Positions 1 to 11,691 of a DNA stretch of 64,000 nucleotides are shown here, piece by piece. The stretch covers positions 620,001 through 684,000 of the forward strand of contig SMSO01000025.1 of the NCBI GenBank assembly GCA_004764695.1, written 5' to 3'. Every line of letters starts with the position of its first letter. Within the stretch, counting starts at the first letter, position 1. The notes under the pieces were generated by a model, which was given only the letters and a program-made list of their open reading frames with translations, did no database searches and was not told the origin of the DNA. Source of the stretch: Schizochytrium sp. TIO01 (taxonomy: Eukaryota; Protista; Bigyra: Labyrinthulomycetes). The position numbers were made by a program, and so were the translations under genes.

Positions 1-453
1 TATGAGTGATATAGTGAAAACAATAATAGATGGATCAATGCCCCCAGTTTGAAAAAAAAAGAAAAAGAAAAAGAAAATATTTGCTAGCGACTTCTACTAG
101 CTATGTAGTTTGACAGATACGATGTTTGAGGTGCAGAGAATGTAGAATAAGTACCGACACTAGTGTCTTGAAATCGTACGCGCGTGAAACCAGAAGGCAT
201 TGCAATCTCAAACCTGCCGTTGCAACTCAGGTTCCTCCGAATGGTATTCAATTCAACATCACTAGAATTCTTCCTAATATAATCTAGATCTGCTGCAAGA
301 GCCAAATTGATTTCCGAAGCGAGGCGACTAAATGAACTTTAATTTGGATCTGTAAATTTAAATTATGTCATTTGGTTGTTTTTAGTTGGACTGAAGAGAG
401 CCTCCACATGTATGCTTATTTGTATTATTTTAAAAAAAGTTGCAGGTTATTTA

Positions 454-3400
454 TTACTTCCTTGCGCTGTTTTTCTTCTTGTTAGACCGAGCGCGCCGAG
501 AAGCTGCAAATGCGGATTGAGGCTTTGGTGTAGATGGGGCACTTTTCGAGGAAGCAGGCACAGCGTACGGGTTTACAACACTTTCTTTCAAGGTATCTGC
601 AGATGTACTAGCAGCCTCATTTACGTTCACAGTTGAGTTTTTCTCTGTTCGTTGCATATAATAGTCAGTTGGTAAAGGACGCGCGACCTCGGTAAATTTG
701 CCAAAGACGGAGTCGAACCCGCTAATGATGTCATCATTCCTTTCAAGTTTTGAATCCGGGTGGGTAGCGACCTCCCAAAGAAGTTTCCGAATGTTTTCGC
801 AATAGGTAATCTTGAGCGAGTTTAGTTTGCGCTGCGATCCAAAAGAGTTTCGATCTTTACCTACACAAATTAGAGCATAGTGAATCCATTCCAAACCTTG
901 AGGGATGAGATCAATCTGTCCAGCTGATGCCAAATGCACCCCCTTTTCACCAAGCAAATTCACACCAACAGCAAAACCTGGAATCACATTACCAGACAAA
1001 GGAAGCATACAAGACGTTAGGGTGTGCCATGGTGCGAGAATACGCTTAACGGTAGGATACTTGACAAAGATATTTGCCTCTTCAGAAGCTTCAGGTCCAA
1101 GTCCCTCCGGCACAGCGTAACGAAGGGGTTCGAAGATCGGTGAAAGTTGCTCGGGAAGTAGCAATGTCTTGTAGGAGTCCTGCCCATTTCGCCAGTCTCC
1201 ATTGCTACCCTTTGCAGTGAGGTCTCTCAATTTAACTGCAGTTCGAGGACGATTCCGAGAGGCATACGCGATCAAAAGGCGAATCCCGAGCGGTGCATCA
1301 CGAACGCCCCCCTCTGAGTCCTCGTAATCATATTGTTCATTACGAACATAAAGGGAGGAGGCATCTTGTGTCTGATGGATTGTAAGAAGGGTCCAGACAT
1401 GACCACTGCCACCCGATTGTGCAAGCTTGATTCTGTCCCAGTATATTGGTTTCCCAGCCAACCCGCACAGTGTCATGTTTTCGGTTAGCTTGAAATTATG
1501 ACAGAAAATATCCACACTTGAATGACAGGTTTCGCTGCCATCCGTATTGTACTCAATGTGAAGGTTCAGGGAAAACTTTGCATATGAACGATTAGTCTCT
1601 CTCTGCCACTTTTGTACGGACTCTACCTGAATACTAAGGATAGAGATGCAAAGAACCTCTTGCCCATTTAGAGATACACGTTCAGCTCCATCAAAATCCT
1701 CCAATTCAAGATGCTCACGTAAAGAACGCAGTAAGTTCTCATCCGAAGGCACAAAAAGATAGTCAACAAGAGGATCCGAGTCCGCAATACTTGACCCATA
1801 TGACTCTTCAGAGTCATAGTCTAAATCAGAATCGTAAAAGTCAGCCATTCCTTCCTGACCGTAGTCTTGAAATTGGGAACCCTCCTTTCTCTGTTTGTTT
1901 GAACGAGTCGAATGAATATCAAGAAGTACACTCCACACACCAGGGTGAGCATGGATTTTCGTGTCCGTAGTGTCCGATGATTTTGCCTTCTTCGACTGTT
2001 GCGAATTTTTTGCAGATTCCGAAGTGTTTTTATAATTGGCAAAAGGTGATGCTAGCAGGTGACGAGCAAAATTGAACAAGGTTTCCTTTTGATCTAGCGA
2101 TGAGGTTCCTTTCACTGAAGCAGCTGACACAGTTACAAGGTGATTCTCATAAAATGCCCATTGAACCTCCTGAGGAAATGCGGTTGCAATCTCCTGCTTG
2201 GTCAGGCCGATTTCCTTCGCAATCGTAAGTCGTGCGTAGCGGCCCTCAGGTTCCTCTATGTTTGCACCAAGACAATCCTCATAGCAGGGGACATTCTTGC
2301 GAGGTTTGTATTGTAAAAGATTTCCACAATTTGAAGAAAACAGGACGAAGCGAATCCGGTTCAATCGAACAGAATCACGGAAAATATCCTCTGGTCGCGG
2401 TAGCATCAAATCAGTATGAGAGTCCATATTGAGTGCCTGCGCCACGGTGATCATAAGGTGGCGGTGAAGAACAACAAGTCTTGACATCCGTGATGGGACA
2501 ATACTACCAACCATGCAGAATCCTGCTCGGAACTTTGATTCTGAACTATGAGACCATATAGACAGCAGGCGCACCAAAGCAAGAGTTTCAGAATACAGAC
2601 CTCCATCAAGAGCAATCTTTGTCGGCAAAGAACCCATCAGAATACCGTGATACTCATTGGGGTCTTTGTGTACTAGTGGTGTTGCAACCCGAAACGGACT
2701 TCTATCTAAGCTGAGGACTGCAGCCAAAGCAACTCCCTCAGGTAGACAGTCCATTATTATGGCACGTGCAATAAGAGTTCCGACGCTGAGATCAAGCCCA
2801 AGCCGCGATACGAAAATACCCAGAGGGGTATGTAATGCGACATCATCATCAAAATGATTCAGAAAGCCTTGATCGTATAGTTGCTTCATTGCAATCTCAG
2901 CGCGCTCTAGTGAAGGCGGATCAATCACATTCAAGAGAATTGGAATCACGGCACCGGAGACCATGCTCTTGAGGTCTAATAAAACCTTATCAAGTGGGCA
3001 TGAGTGGATCTCTGGGAGATCAAACTCGAGCATCGAATTGTACATAGCACGAGTATACAGTCGCCAAACGCGACCTGGGCGCGTGCGCGCCGTTCGACCT
3101 GCACGCTGCGTTGCGGAAGCCTTGGAGACCCAGCGTGCAACCAATGAAGAAGCATTGGAACGAGTGTTATATTCCAGTTCACGACGTGTACCGAAACAAA
3201 TGACGTTGTCAACATCGGGGAGTGTAATTGAAGATTCAGCAGCGTTGGTAGCAACAATGACTTTCAATACGTTTGGCTCAGTTTCTTTCCATGCATCTAA
3301 TTGCTCTTCAAAAGGGATTGTACTGTGAATAGGAATTACGCGAAATTCGCGAATGCCCCCATATACAGAATCAATCAAAGATGGTTGAAAGAGAATGACT

Positions 3401-6400
3401 TCATTAATCTCTTCAAATTGTGCCATAATTTCTGTAATCTCTGCAATTCCTGAAACAAAAATCAAGATAGCAGAACGAGCCTCTTTGCCGATGGCCATTG
3501 CAAGTTGAACTGCCACCCCAAGTTGCTGTTTCACCATGTCCGATTTCACTTCGACCTTCAGATGAGGGTTTTTCGCCAGAAACTCGTGCTTTTCTCCATC
3601 TGTCATGTCAGAGGGTAGGTCTGGGCATAGATCAAGAGCTTTTTGCTGCATGTTCATCAGACCTTGCACACTGCGTTCCATAATAGGGCCTGCGATGGCC
3701 AATAGCATGGGGTCATCTAAGAAGAACTCAGTTAGAGGGTAGCGTTTTGCACCAACAAATAAAGGAGGAGAGCAACTGAAGTAATCTTGAAACAACTTAG
3801 CTTGAAGAGTTGCACTCATAAGAACCAGCTTGATCTTTTTATTAGATTCAAGTAGTCGTTTCGCCAAAAGCACAAGTACATCTTGATCCACACTTCGTTC
3901 GTGGACTTCGTCAAGAATAAGATGGGTCACACTGTCAAAATAGGAGGGTGCTCCCGCAAGTAAACGCACGAGGTATCCAGTAGTACAGAATGTAATTGGT
4001 GCACGAGAATCTCCTTCTTTTACTCCACCGCCAAGCCGCAAACCAACCTGTCCCTTTCCGTTGATGAGCTGTGATTCCACGCGAGTGGCCAAGCTTCGGG
4101 CTGCGATACGACGGGGTTGTGAAATCATAGCGCGAAATGGCCGGCCGCTATTTGCTTCCCATAGGAAGCGTGGGAGGCAACTCGACTTCCCCGAGCCTGT
4201 TTCGCCATGAATAATTGTGACACGGTGACTCTGAACATGTTGGATGATTTTATCACGGTGTGAATCAATAGGAAGGACTTCCTCTTTCACTACTGTCTCT
4301 GTAGGACTTTTGTTCATAAGATTAGTTGCAACGTCATTTGGTTCCGAGAATTCGAACGCAGGATTGGAGTCAACATGATTGCCTACCTGATGGTAACTTT
4401 GACTTAAAACCTCGCGTTTTGAGATCATATCCGGGTAGCTTGGTTGGGCATACATAAAAGAGGCAGAAGCGGTGTTCGAATCATAGGAGCTAACATCACT
4501 ATTTGCATAGGACTGTCGAGGTTGAGCAACAATGACTTCGTCAGGATCGAATTCATCAGTATCAGGTAGACCAGCAATATCCGGACGCCGATCTCCAGAA
4601 ATATTCAATTGGTGAAATTCGGGCAATGGATTATTAATGGAGGTCTTCTCAGGTACCACTGCGGATCTCTCCGACGAATCCTTTAGATCTTCGTCAGGTG
4701 CTGCTGCTGTTGGAATGGGTGCAGTTAGATTGGATACCACTGATAGGTCTTTTTCTATAATGTTGTGACTTTGAGCCTGGCTTGTTCCAGAGCTTGCGGA
4801 TTTTGCTGCGTTTTTCTGCTTGGCCTTTCTACGCCTCGTGTTTCTTTTTGCGGGTTTTCTATTGCTCACTTTCTGTGTCTCAGGAACATCTGTCGAGAAA
4901 CCTTTCGAAAGGTGCGACAGATTTTTTTTCCAGTAGTTTTCATGGAAACCAGAAGCCCCTTCTACAAAAAGGGGGTGTAGAAACTTGTCAAGGCAAAATT
5001 TATTGCTCTTAACCTGAGCCTGGACTATCACATCCATGGGGTCCTTATGAGAAGCTTCCCAATCTGTGGCGGGAAAAAACCATTTAGTATTGTAGTACAT
5101 GCTATGTGATAAGTAAAGGTTAGCAAAGCCCACATCAGAATTTCTCAACGGGCTGTAAATATTGATCACGCCTCGGAGGGCTTGCAAGTAGGCATAGGCT
5201 GCACAGTATTGGCTCCAAGAATTTGCAGTGGGCTGACCAACTTTGATTAAATTTAAACGCTGAAGCTGCCCCCATATTGTCCTGAGACTGCTCAAAACAA
5301 AAGACTCAGGGTCCTCCCGCGTGGGGTCACCACGGCGGTGCCTCGCAACAAGAAGTTGGACACGACCTCGAATGGCCAAAAGAATCTCCTCGATTTGCTT
5401 TATAGTGAAGCCCTCTTCCCCCGGAGGTGTAAACCGTGTAGGACTTTTGCGTATAGGCGTTAAGTAGTTACGGCGAAATGTAAAACGATAGTCAGCGGCT
5501 GCCAAGTATGCTGGACTTTGCATTTCCAACAAATAATCTCGACTCTCATTGTCATAAAACTTTAACGAATATCGTGCACCTTTGCTCAAGCTGTCCATAT
5601 CTCGGAAGTTGGGAGCAGTTCCTTCGCGAAAATGTTTTACAATAGCCGCTATGCGGTCCATTGAAGAAGCGTTAGGGGCAAGGTCTGGGACCTTCCATCC
5701 CTCATAATAGTCGTTACCAATAGCAATAGCTAGATCCGACATGCGATCTGCCGGGATACCGAGGGCCTTTGCAATCTCTTCCCTAGTGTAGGTGCGACAG
5801 AGTCCGTCATGGATGGAGTCCAGTGGCACATACACAGTGTCCGCGGTGAAAAAGAAGTCCGAGTCTTGTGCAAGAATAAAGCTTGCTTCCCATGGTTGTG
5901 CACCCTGGGCTCTTAAAAGTATATTCTGTGCTGCGCACACCTGAGCGAGGTATGCGTCAGCTTCTTCCCGCACCCGAAGCAGGGTCAGCTGAGGACAGGT
6001 AGGCGCACAGGTTGCTAGACCTCCGTAGACTTCCTCCACCCACAACGGAGGAAGCGGGAGGTCCTCGGGCGAGCGCGGGGCTTCACCAAACTCCAAATAC
6101 CTGTACAGTTTGTAGTATTGTTCGCTTCGTCTGGATTTGCGTTTGTTTCTCTCTTTAAGTTTACTCTCATGCACCTCCGGTCCGTCCGCAATCACGAAAA
6201 TGCTCATCTTGGGATCATTAAGTCCAAGACTATTCACAAAATCCTCAGCCATTACACGCCCGAGACCATAGTTCCCACCGCGCTCAGATTGAAGGTCCTT
6301 TCCAAGCCACTTCGCAATGGCGAAAACGAGGCCACTCCCATCCACGAAGCATGGGCCCCCAATGGGCAGGGGCCGCTCCTCCGGCAGCCGCCCCGCCAAT

Positions 6401-6438
6401 ACGCGCTCCAAGTACGCAGTGAAGCCCTGCACACCCAT
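454..6438 (-). CDS. XPG/FEN1/Asteroid-type PIN-like nuclease domain fused to a DEAH/RHA-family RNA helicase (1994 aa)
   Basis: Uninterrupted ORF. The N-terminus has XPG/Asteroid-like motifs MGVQGFT, FVDGSGL, IADG, EEADAYLA, QDSDFF and IGNDY. The centre has helicase motifs GETGSGKS, QPRRIAARSLA, DEVHER, MSAT, IHS, ATNAAESSITLPDV and QRAGRTAR, followed by an HA2-like region. Confidence 0.9.
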   Translation of the reverse strand: MGVQGFTAYLERVLAGRLPEERPLPIGGPCFVDGSGLVFAIAKWLGKDLQSERGGNYGLGRVMAEDFVNSLGLNDPKMSIFVIADGPEVHESKLKERNKRKSRRSEQYYKLYRYLEFGEAPRSPEDLPLPPLWVEEVYGGLATCAPTCPQLTLLRVREEADAYLAQVCAAQNILLRAQGAQPWEASFILAQDSDFFFTADTVYVPLDSIHDGLCRTYTREEIAKALGIPADRMSDLAIAIGNDYYEGWKVPDLAPNASSMDRIAAIVKHFREGTAPNFRDMDSLSKGARYSLKFYDNESRDYLLEMQSPAYLAAADYRFTFRRNYLTPIRKSPTRFTPPGEEGFTIKQIEEILLAIRGRVQLLVARHRRGDPTREDPESFVLSSLRTIWGQLQRLNLIKVGQPTANSWSQYCAAYAYLQALRGVINIYSPLRNSDVGFANLYLSHSMYYNTKWFFPATDWEASHKDPMDVIVQAQVKSNKFCLDKFLHPLFVEGASGFHENYWKKNLSHLSKGFSTDVPETQKVSNRKPAKRNTRRRKAKQKNAAKSASSGTSQAQSHNIIEKDLSVVSNLTAPIPTAAAPDEDLKDSSERSAVVPEKTSINNPLPEFHQLNISGDRRPDIAGLPDTDEFDPDEVIVAQPRQSYANSDVSSYDSNTASASFMYAQPSYPDMISKREVLSQSYHQVGNHVDSNPAFEFSEPNDVATNLMNKSPTETVVKEEVLPIDSHRDKIIQHVQSHRVTIIHGETGSGKSSCLPRFLWEANSGRPFRAMISQPRRIAARSLATRVESQLINGKGQVGLRLGGGVKEGDSRAPITFCTTGYLVRLLAGAPSYFDSVTHLILDEVHERSVDQDVLVLLAKRLLESNKKIKLVLMSATLQAKLFQDYFSCSPPLFVGAKRYPLTEFFLDDPMLLAIAGPIMERSVQGLMNMQQKALDLCPDLPSDMTDGEKHEFLAKNPHLKVEVKSDMVKQQLGVAVQLAMAIGKEARSAILIFVSGIAEITEIMAQFEEINEVILFQPSLIDSVYGGIREFRVIPIHSTIPFEEQLDAWKETEPNVLKVIVATNAAESSITLPDVDNVICFGTRRELEYNTRSNASSLVARWVSKASATQRAGRTARTRPGRVWRLYTRAMYNSMLEFDLPEIHSCPLDKVLLDLKSMVSGAVIPILLNVIDPPSLERAEIAMKQLYDQGFLNHFDDDVALHTPLGIFVSRLGLDLSVGTLIARAIIMDCLPEGVALAAVLSLDRSPFRVATPLVHKDPNEYHGILMGSLPTKIALDGGLYSETLALVRLLSIWSHSSESKFRAGFCMVGSIVPSRMSRLVVLHRHLMITVAQALNMDSHTDLMLPRPEDIFRDSVRLNRIRFVLFSSNCGNLLQYKPRKNVPCYEDCLGANIEEPEGRYARLTIAKEIGLTKQEIATAFPQEVQWAFYENHLVTVSAASVKGTSSLDQKETLFNFARHLLASPFANYKNTSESAKNSQQSKKAKSSDTTDTKIHAHPGVWSVLLDIHSTRSNKQRKEGSQFQDYGQEGMADFYDSDLDYDSEESYGSSIADSDPLVDYLFVPSDENLLRSLREHLELEDFDGAERVSLNGQEVLCISILSIQVESVQKWQRETNRSYAKFSLNLHIEYNTDGSETCHSSVDIFCHNFKLTENMTLCGLAGKPIYWDRIKLAQSGGSGHVWTLLTIHQTQDASSLYVRNEQYDYEDSEGGVRDAPLGIRLLIAYASRNRPRTAVKLRDLTAKGSNGDWRNGQDSYKTLLLPEQLSPIFEPLRYAVPEGLGPEASEEANIFVKYPTVKRILAPWHTLTSCMLPLSGNVIPGFAVGVNLLGEKGVHLASAGQIDLIPQGLEWIHYALICVGKDRNSFGSQRKLNSLKITYCENIRKLLWEVATHPDSKLERNDDIISGFDSVFGKFTEVARPLPTDYYMQRTEKNSTVNVNEAASTSADTLKESVVNPYAVPASSKSAPSTPKPQSAFAASRRARSNKKKNSARK

Positions 6439-8304
6439 GGTGCAGGGTCGCTCGAAGCTGCTAAACTGCTCGCAAACTACTATTGCGCTCCGTCCTCGAG
6501 CAAGTTCAAGGTTTGCTTTTCCGCTTTGTCTCCGAGTTGAGTGGATTTTATCAAATCCAAATCCAACATGAAGTCAACCAAGAATTTGAAAAACTTTCAA
6601 AGTACGGTTTATCCTAACTATAAGGCCAAGGTCAAATAAGCTTCAAAGAAAGTCTATGTTGGGCCTTTTTACTTTTTCTTTTTTGAAATTTGGAAAAAAT
6701 TTAGGGGAAAATTTTTTTTTTTTTTAAAATAAAGGCACCCAAGTTCTTCTCTCTCCGTGGCCAGCTGGCATGAGTCTTTTGCACAAGCTCACATGCTCTT
6801 GATGGTGGTGTATGAGAGCAGAATATGGTAATGGATTTGCTTTTACAGTTATTGCTGGGCGCCTGCGTTTGACCTTGAATTGAATTATGGTTTTCTCTTG
6901 ACTGCTTTCAATCACTGCAGCATTGCACTAGGTTTGCTTTTAAAATTTCGTTTCTTTCTTTGACACCAGGCTGATTTATATATTTTCCCAATATCCCGGG
7001 AACCGGGAATCGGGAGTCGGGCTCTGCAGAAGGGCTTCAAACTGTACGTTTGCTGCTTTAAAGCTAGCTATATAAATATCGAGCATGATTGAATAACTCT
7101 GGTAGCACCACTACTTTTTAGCTATATTCGGCAGGAAGTAAGTGTAGATAATCTTGAACAGGTGTTGCTGGAATGATTCTGCAGAACCCGTGCTTCAACT
7201 TGATCAGAACCATTGAAGATATTCATGATGATCCATCATTATCATGATGGCGCTAGATTTAGAGTTTTAAAGAGCACTTAAGCGAGCTAATCTCAGTAAA
7301 ACCAGAGGGACATAATTGGGGAGAGGTGTTTTTACTGCTATTCTTTCGGTGCGCAGGCACCTAGAGGAACTAGTTCGCAAATTCCAGTAATTCAGATACC
7401 CACTCTCACTATTTCTTCGAACATAAAGGAAGATAAATCAAAGGATGAACATCGGCATCCCAAACCATGTATTTCATGTAGGGGCTCTAATTAATCTTAA
7501 TACTAAGCTACCTAGACCCTCACCCAAGACCGTTCAAAAGCTAGCCCCAATTTTCTTGTTTCGTACTTGAATTACTCAACAAGATATTGATGTTTAAACA
7601 CTGAGAGATTCCCTCGACAATACCTTTCCATACTAATATGTTTCGGGTTGTGTTTTTACCCAACTTGAAGCGAAAAGATTGATAGGAGTGTCATTGAGTA
7701 AAGTGTGTACCCAACTTTAAAAAACAAAACAAAAAAACTTTATAATGTAAAAAGGTATATACATCTTGAACTAAATAAGATTTCCTCAAGCTGCTGGGAG
7801 TGCTTAGGTACTACTACCTAGTATCAGCTTAATGCTAAGAGGCACCTATCATGGATCCGTTAGGCTTTGAGCAAATGACTGTTGCCCTTAATATTCCAAG
7901 TGTTCTTCGTTTTGATACATAGTAAGGCTATGCCGGAGTCAGAGCACTAGCAAAATACAGTAGAACATAAGTAATAAAGAGGAGTGATAACAGATTTTAC
8001 AGAGCGACTTTTGATAAATGCATGATGGTGAAAGCAGGAGAGAACGAACAGGTGTGCGAAAGAAATATTGTTCTATTCGGGTCTTAAAACTCTGGCGTGA
8101 AGGCAAGGTATTGATTAGACCGCTTAGTGGCAAGCCAGAGGTCGTTTGCACGCTACCGGCAAACAGCCGAGAGATATAGGTGTTGACGTGGACTTCTGTC
8201 GAAGTCGTGACAATAAGGCTCACTTGGATACTGGGGCTGGAGACGTGGCTAGAGCAAGGGTCGGCATCTCAGTCGTTTCAAGAGTTTGAAGGAAAGCACA
8301 TATC

Positions 8305-11253
8305 ATGTCAATCTCTGTAAGCTTAGACCGTGTAGAAATTGAGCGCGCTAAAGGTGGAGGTGGAGAATCGGCACCTCAACTAGAGTTCTGGGCAAGGTGC
8401 ACCTTTGAAGATGCATGTGCGTCTGTGTTAAGTTTTTCGTCAAAAGGCTTATCTCGTCCTTGGAGAAACGTTTTCTTTAAAATACCCTCCTCTAACGTCC
8501 ACAAGGACACACTGGATTCCGAGCAGCAAATCATTACAGAGACTTTTGGTTCGTCACGATACTGGCTGAAAGACACTGTTGATCTTCGCCCCTTGAACGA
8601 AGCAAGCTTGACTGTCGTGGCGAACTCTAAAGGCCTTTGTATCGAGATTTTTCACGGCAGAAAATCTACCGAGGATGCCGACGCAACGTCCTCGGTTGTC
8701 TCAACAATGCTATCGCTTGATGCGGTTATTCTTGGGCAACGAATTTCTCGAGAATTATTTCTTGAAGGAGAAAGCGAGGGCCATAAGACGACGTTTAGAT
8801 TTACAGTGGATATTGAACCTGATGATGAAGTTGTTCAGTATGCTGTCCGAAGCCGTTTACTTGAACTCGAAGAGTTCACAGTAGTTTCTGTTCCCACAGC
8901 CTTTATTAAAGATCTTATTGAAACAGTTCGTCCTCAGAAAGATGAAATTGTAAATGATCAAGATGATGAACAAAAGAAGGATGCAAATGTTGCATCAGGG
9001 AAAGCTGAGCCGAGCATCACAATGACACTTGAAGGCTTCACAGAAGAAGAGTTGGATATGCTAGCCACAGCAACAACGGAAGCTGCCCGTGAAATATGTA
9101 TCTCTGTTGAACTACCCCTTCCTTGTGGAAATCGTGAAGAACAAGATCAGAAATTGGAAAAGGTACAACAAGATAGTTATAATATAGGCGAGGAAACACA
9201 TGAAGCACCCGTAGCAAACTCGAAATCTTTAAGAGGAGGCAATGAAGACAGTACCTTCGAGCCTTCAACGAGTGAAATTATCACTACTACTGAACAAAGC
9301 TCTCTGATCAAATTTACGCTTCCAGCAAAACTTTTGAGTTTTGATAAATCTCAACGTAAATGGACCTTGAAGGAAAACAATACAGAAATTTTAAGCTCAC
9401 ACAGCAAGACGAAATTTTATTTTCGCGTCAAAAATTTTGCAGACATAGAAGGAAAGATGCTCTGGACCGACTGTAAAGCAAAGTTAATGCTAAGTTGTGA
9501 AAAGGTGGTCGAAGATGCAGTCGCAAAAGATCCAGAAGCATCTGGAGATATTAATAGCCTTGTTTGTCTGCCAATCAACTTGCATGCGCTTCTACAGCCC
9601 AACGTGTCTTCCGTATCTACAAGCTCGAATGATGGATCGCTGGCTGTCCGGTTACGTTCGTCAAAGCCACTCGCTCGGTTTTTAAGTGGAGAACCTCTGG
9701 AACAATTGCAAATTACCAGCTTGGGACCACGTGTACAGAGTAGCAAGCTACCGAGTTCTTCAAGTACTCTTGCTTCTTGTAAAGCAACCGAAGACATTCA
9801 GGAATACTTTGAAAGCACGCGGTCATCAAAACTTACCAAAGATGATATTCGGCTTCTTCTTCTTTCTTCAATCAACCACGAGACAGGCCTAAAAGTTTGC
9901 GAAACTACTCGTATAGAGCATAAATCCATGACATTACTTACACAATTACAGACTTTAGGGTCTGTAGAGAAGAGTTCTTCCTACCGTCTTCAGCGACTTG
10001 CTGAAGAAGCTGAACTACAAGGTCAGTTTTCACGAGCGCGAGAACTGTGGTGCGAATGTTCAACTCGAGTGGACCCAAAAATGTATGAGGAATTTGCTCA
10101 TTTTACAGCACGAATGGGTGCTCTTGGCCAGGCTTTGGAACTAATTAATCGAGCACCAACTATGACACGAGCACCTTCAACTACTAGCTGTATTGCTTCT
10201 CCTGCTAACAATTGTGTTAGCCCTGCTCGATTTCTTGATTCCAATGGTTCTTTGCAGTTGGACGAGTTCATTAGCCAATACAGCTCCAATACATCTGGCA
10301 TTTCTGCAAAACTGTTGTCCTTGTTTCTTCGTTTTGAATTGGGAGATCGTGATGCTGTTGCATTTCCTACTTCAATTATTCAGTCGATGGCACCAGAGAC
10401 AGATAACGATGAAGGGGTAGCGCAAGGCAGCGCTGAGGTATTTTTGACACTGGCGGAAGAGCTTGCAAAACTAAAGCTTGCGGAATGTACCAAAAAGGCG
10501 CTCATGTGTGCTCACCTAAATGCAGAGACACCGTTCATTGACGAATTACTTGTGCGAAGTGAAATGGTTCGTGCTCAGCACAAAATTATGATTGGACTTC
10601 CTAAGGTTGCTGTTAATATTCTTCAACATGCTTGTAAGGAAGACGAGAACATTTGTCAAGCAAATGTTAGCGAGGTTATTCGTGCCAAAGCTTACCTTAT
10701 GCTTGGAGAAGCTTTGAATTCAGTGATGGAGCACTCCAAAGCTCGAAGTGTTCTGAGTACAGCAATGTCAATTCTCAATGAGCTTGAAGAACGTGGTTTC
10801 AGTGTTAGAGACAAACTTTGGACCCCACAGATTCCTTCATTGCGTCTCAGGATTTCGTTTCATATTGGACAATTGACGTCCGCTGCAGGGGACTGGCGTA
10901 AGGCACGAGTCATTTATCGCAACGCTGTGCGAGCTGCCCCAGCGCTTGGTACTCTGAGCTGGGCCTGGCAGGGTCTTGGCAGGGCGTGCATGCATTTGAG
11001 GGATTTTGCAGAAGCAGATATTGCCCTTCGTAAATCCTTGATTGCTGATCCCGAAAATCCCGTAAGTTGGGGTTTATTCGCAGTTAAACAACTGTCAGCT
11101 GGTCCCATGTCTGCTCCTGCAGAAATCGAGCACGCAATACAACAGGCTCTTCTCAGTGGACTTTGTGATCAAGATCTTCTCAATAGTCTAAACGCGGAAG
11201 ACGCACGAGTAGAAGATCGAGTCAATCTCATTCAGAACTGCCTAGCTAATTAG
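8305..11253 (+). CDS. TPR-containing protein, CFAP70 (TTC18)-like cilia/flagella-associated protein
   Basis: 982-aa ORF with C-terminal TPRs (AWQGLGRACMHLRDFAEADIALRKSLIADPENPVSW). The segment RLAEEAELQGQFSRAR...YEEFAHFTARMG resembles recalled CFAP70 segments. The CDS is secure; the family call is moderate. Confidence 0.65.
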   Translation: MSISVSLDRVEIERAKGGGGESAPQLEFWARCTFEDACASVLSFSSKGLSRPWRNVFFKIPSSNVHKDTLDSEQQIITETFGSSRYWLKDTVDLRPLNEASLTVVANSKGLCIEIFHGRKSTEDADATSSVVSTMLSLDAVILGQRISRELFLEGESEGHKTTFRFTVDIEPDDEVVQYAVRSRLLELEEFTVVSVPTAFIKDLIETVRPQKDEIVNDQDDEQKKDANVASGKAEPSITMTLEGFTEEELDMLATATTEAAREICISVELPLPCGNREEQDQKLEKVQQDSYNIGEETHEAPVANSKSLRGGNEDSTFEPSTSEIITTTEQSSLIKFTLPAKLLSFDKSQRKWTLKENNTEILSSHSKTKFYFRVKNFADIEGKMLWTDCKAKLMLSCEKVVEDAVAKDPEASGDINSLVCLPINLHALLQPNVSSVSTSSNDGSLAVRLRSSKPLARFLSGEPLEQLQITSLGPRVQSSKLPSSSSTLASCKATEDIQEYFESTRSSKLTKDDIRLLLLSSINHETGLKVCETTRIEHKSMTLLTQLQTLGSVEKSSSYRLQRLAEEAELQGQFSRARELWCECSTRVDPKMYEEFAHFTARMGALGQALELINRAPTMTRAPSTTSCIASPANNCVSPARFLDSNGSLQLDEFISQYSSNTSGISAKLLSLFLRFELGDRDAVAFPTSIIQSMAPETDNDEGVAQGSAEVFLTLAEELAKLKLAECTKKALMCAHLNAETPFIDELLVRSEMVRAQHKIMIGLPKVAVNILQHACKEDENICQANVSEVIRAKAYLMLGEALNSVMEHSKARSVLSTAMSILNELEERGFSVRDKLWTPQIPSLRLRISFHIGQLTSAAGDWRKARVIYRNAVRAAPALGTLSWAWQGLGRACMHLRDFAEADIALRKSLIADPENPVSWGLFAVKQLSAGPMSAPAEIEHAIQQALLSGLCDQDLLNSLNAEDARVEDRVNLIQNCLAN

Positions 11254-11691
11254 GCCTGTGTACATTATGTGGCACTTCAAATAGTCAATCTACCGTTCCA
11301 TTATTTCTCAACAGCTATAGGCGCACAAGGGCTTATAGTACACGCTCTGCCCAAAGACTCAGTTTTTAATCTTGAACAAAATACCCAGACGATTTATATA
11401 AATGAGTTCAACAGGCATCTTCTATCCTGATTTCCCATTTCTTTGTTAAAAGATGCAGTATAAGAAGAGAAATACGTTACTGATACATTGTTGCATAATT
11501 TTAAGTTTTTTCGTTTCCTCTGATCTAAAGTATGGATGTTTTTTTCTTCCTACTCGTCTTCTTACTCTTTCAAGTATTTCGATGTGAAATTGTGCTAGAC
11601 TGTAGTTCAAGATAGCCATTCATTTTCTGCCTGCATGACGTGTGCCAGGCAAACGTATATTTGGCTTTGGTGGTACCGCTGACTCAGAAGG

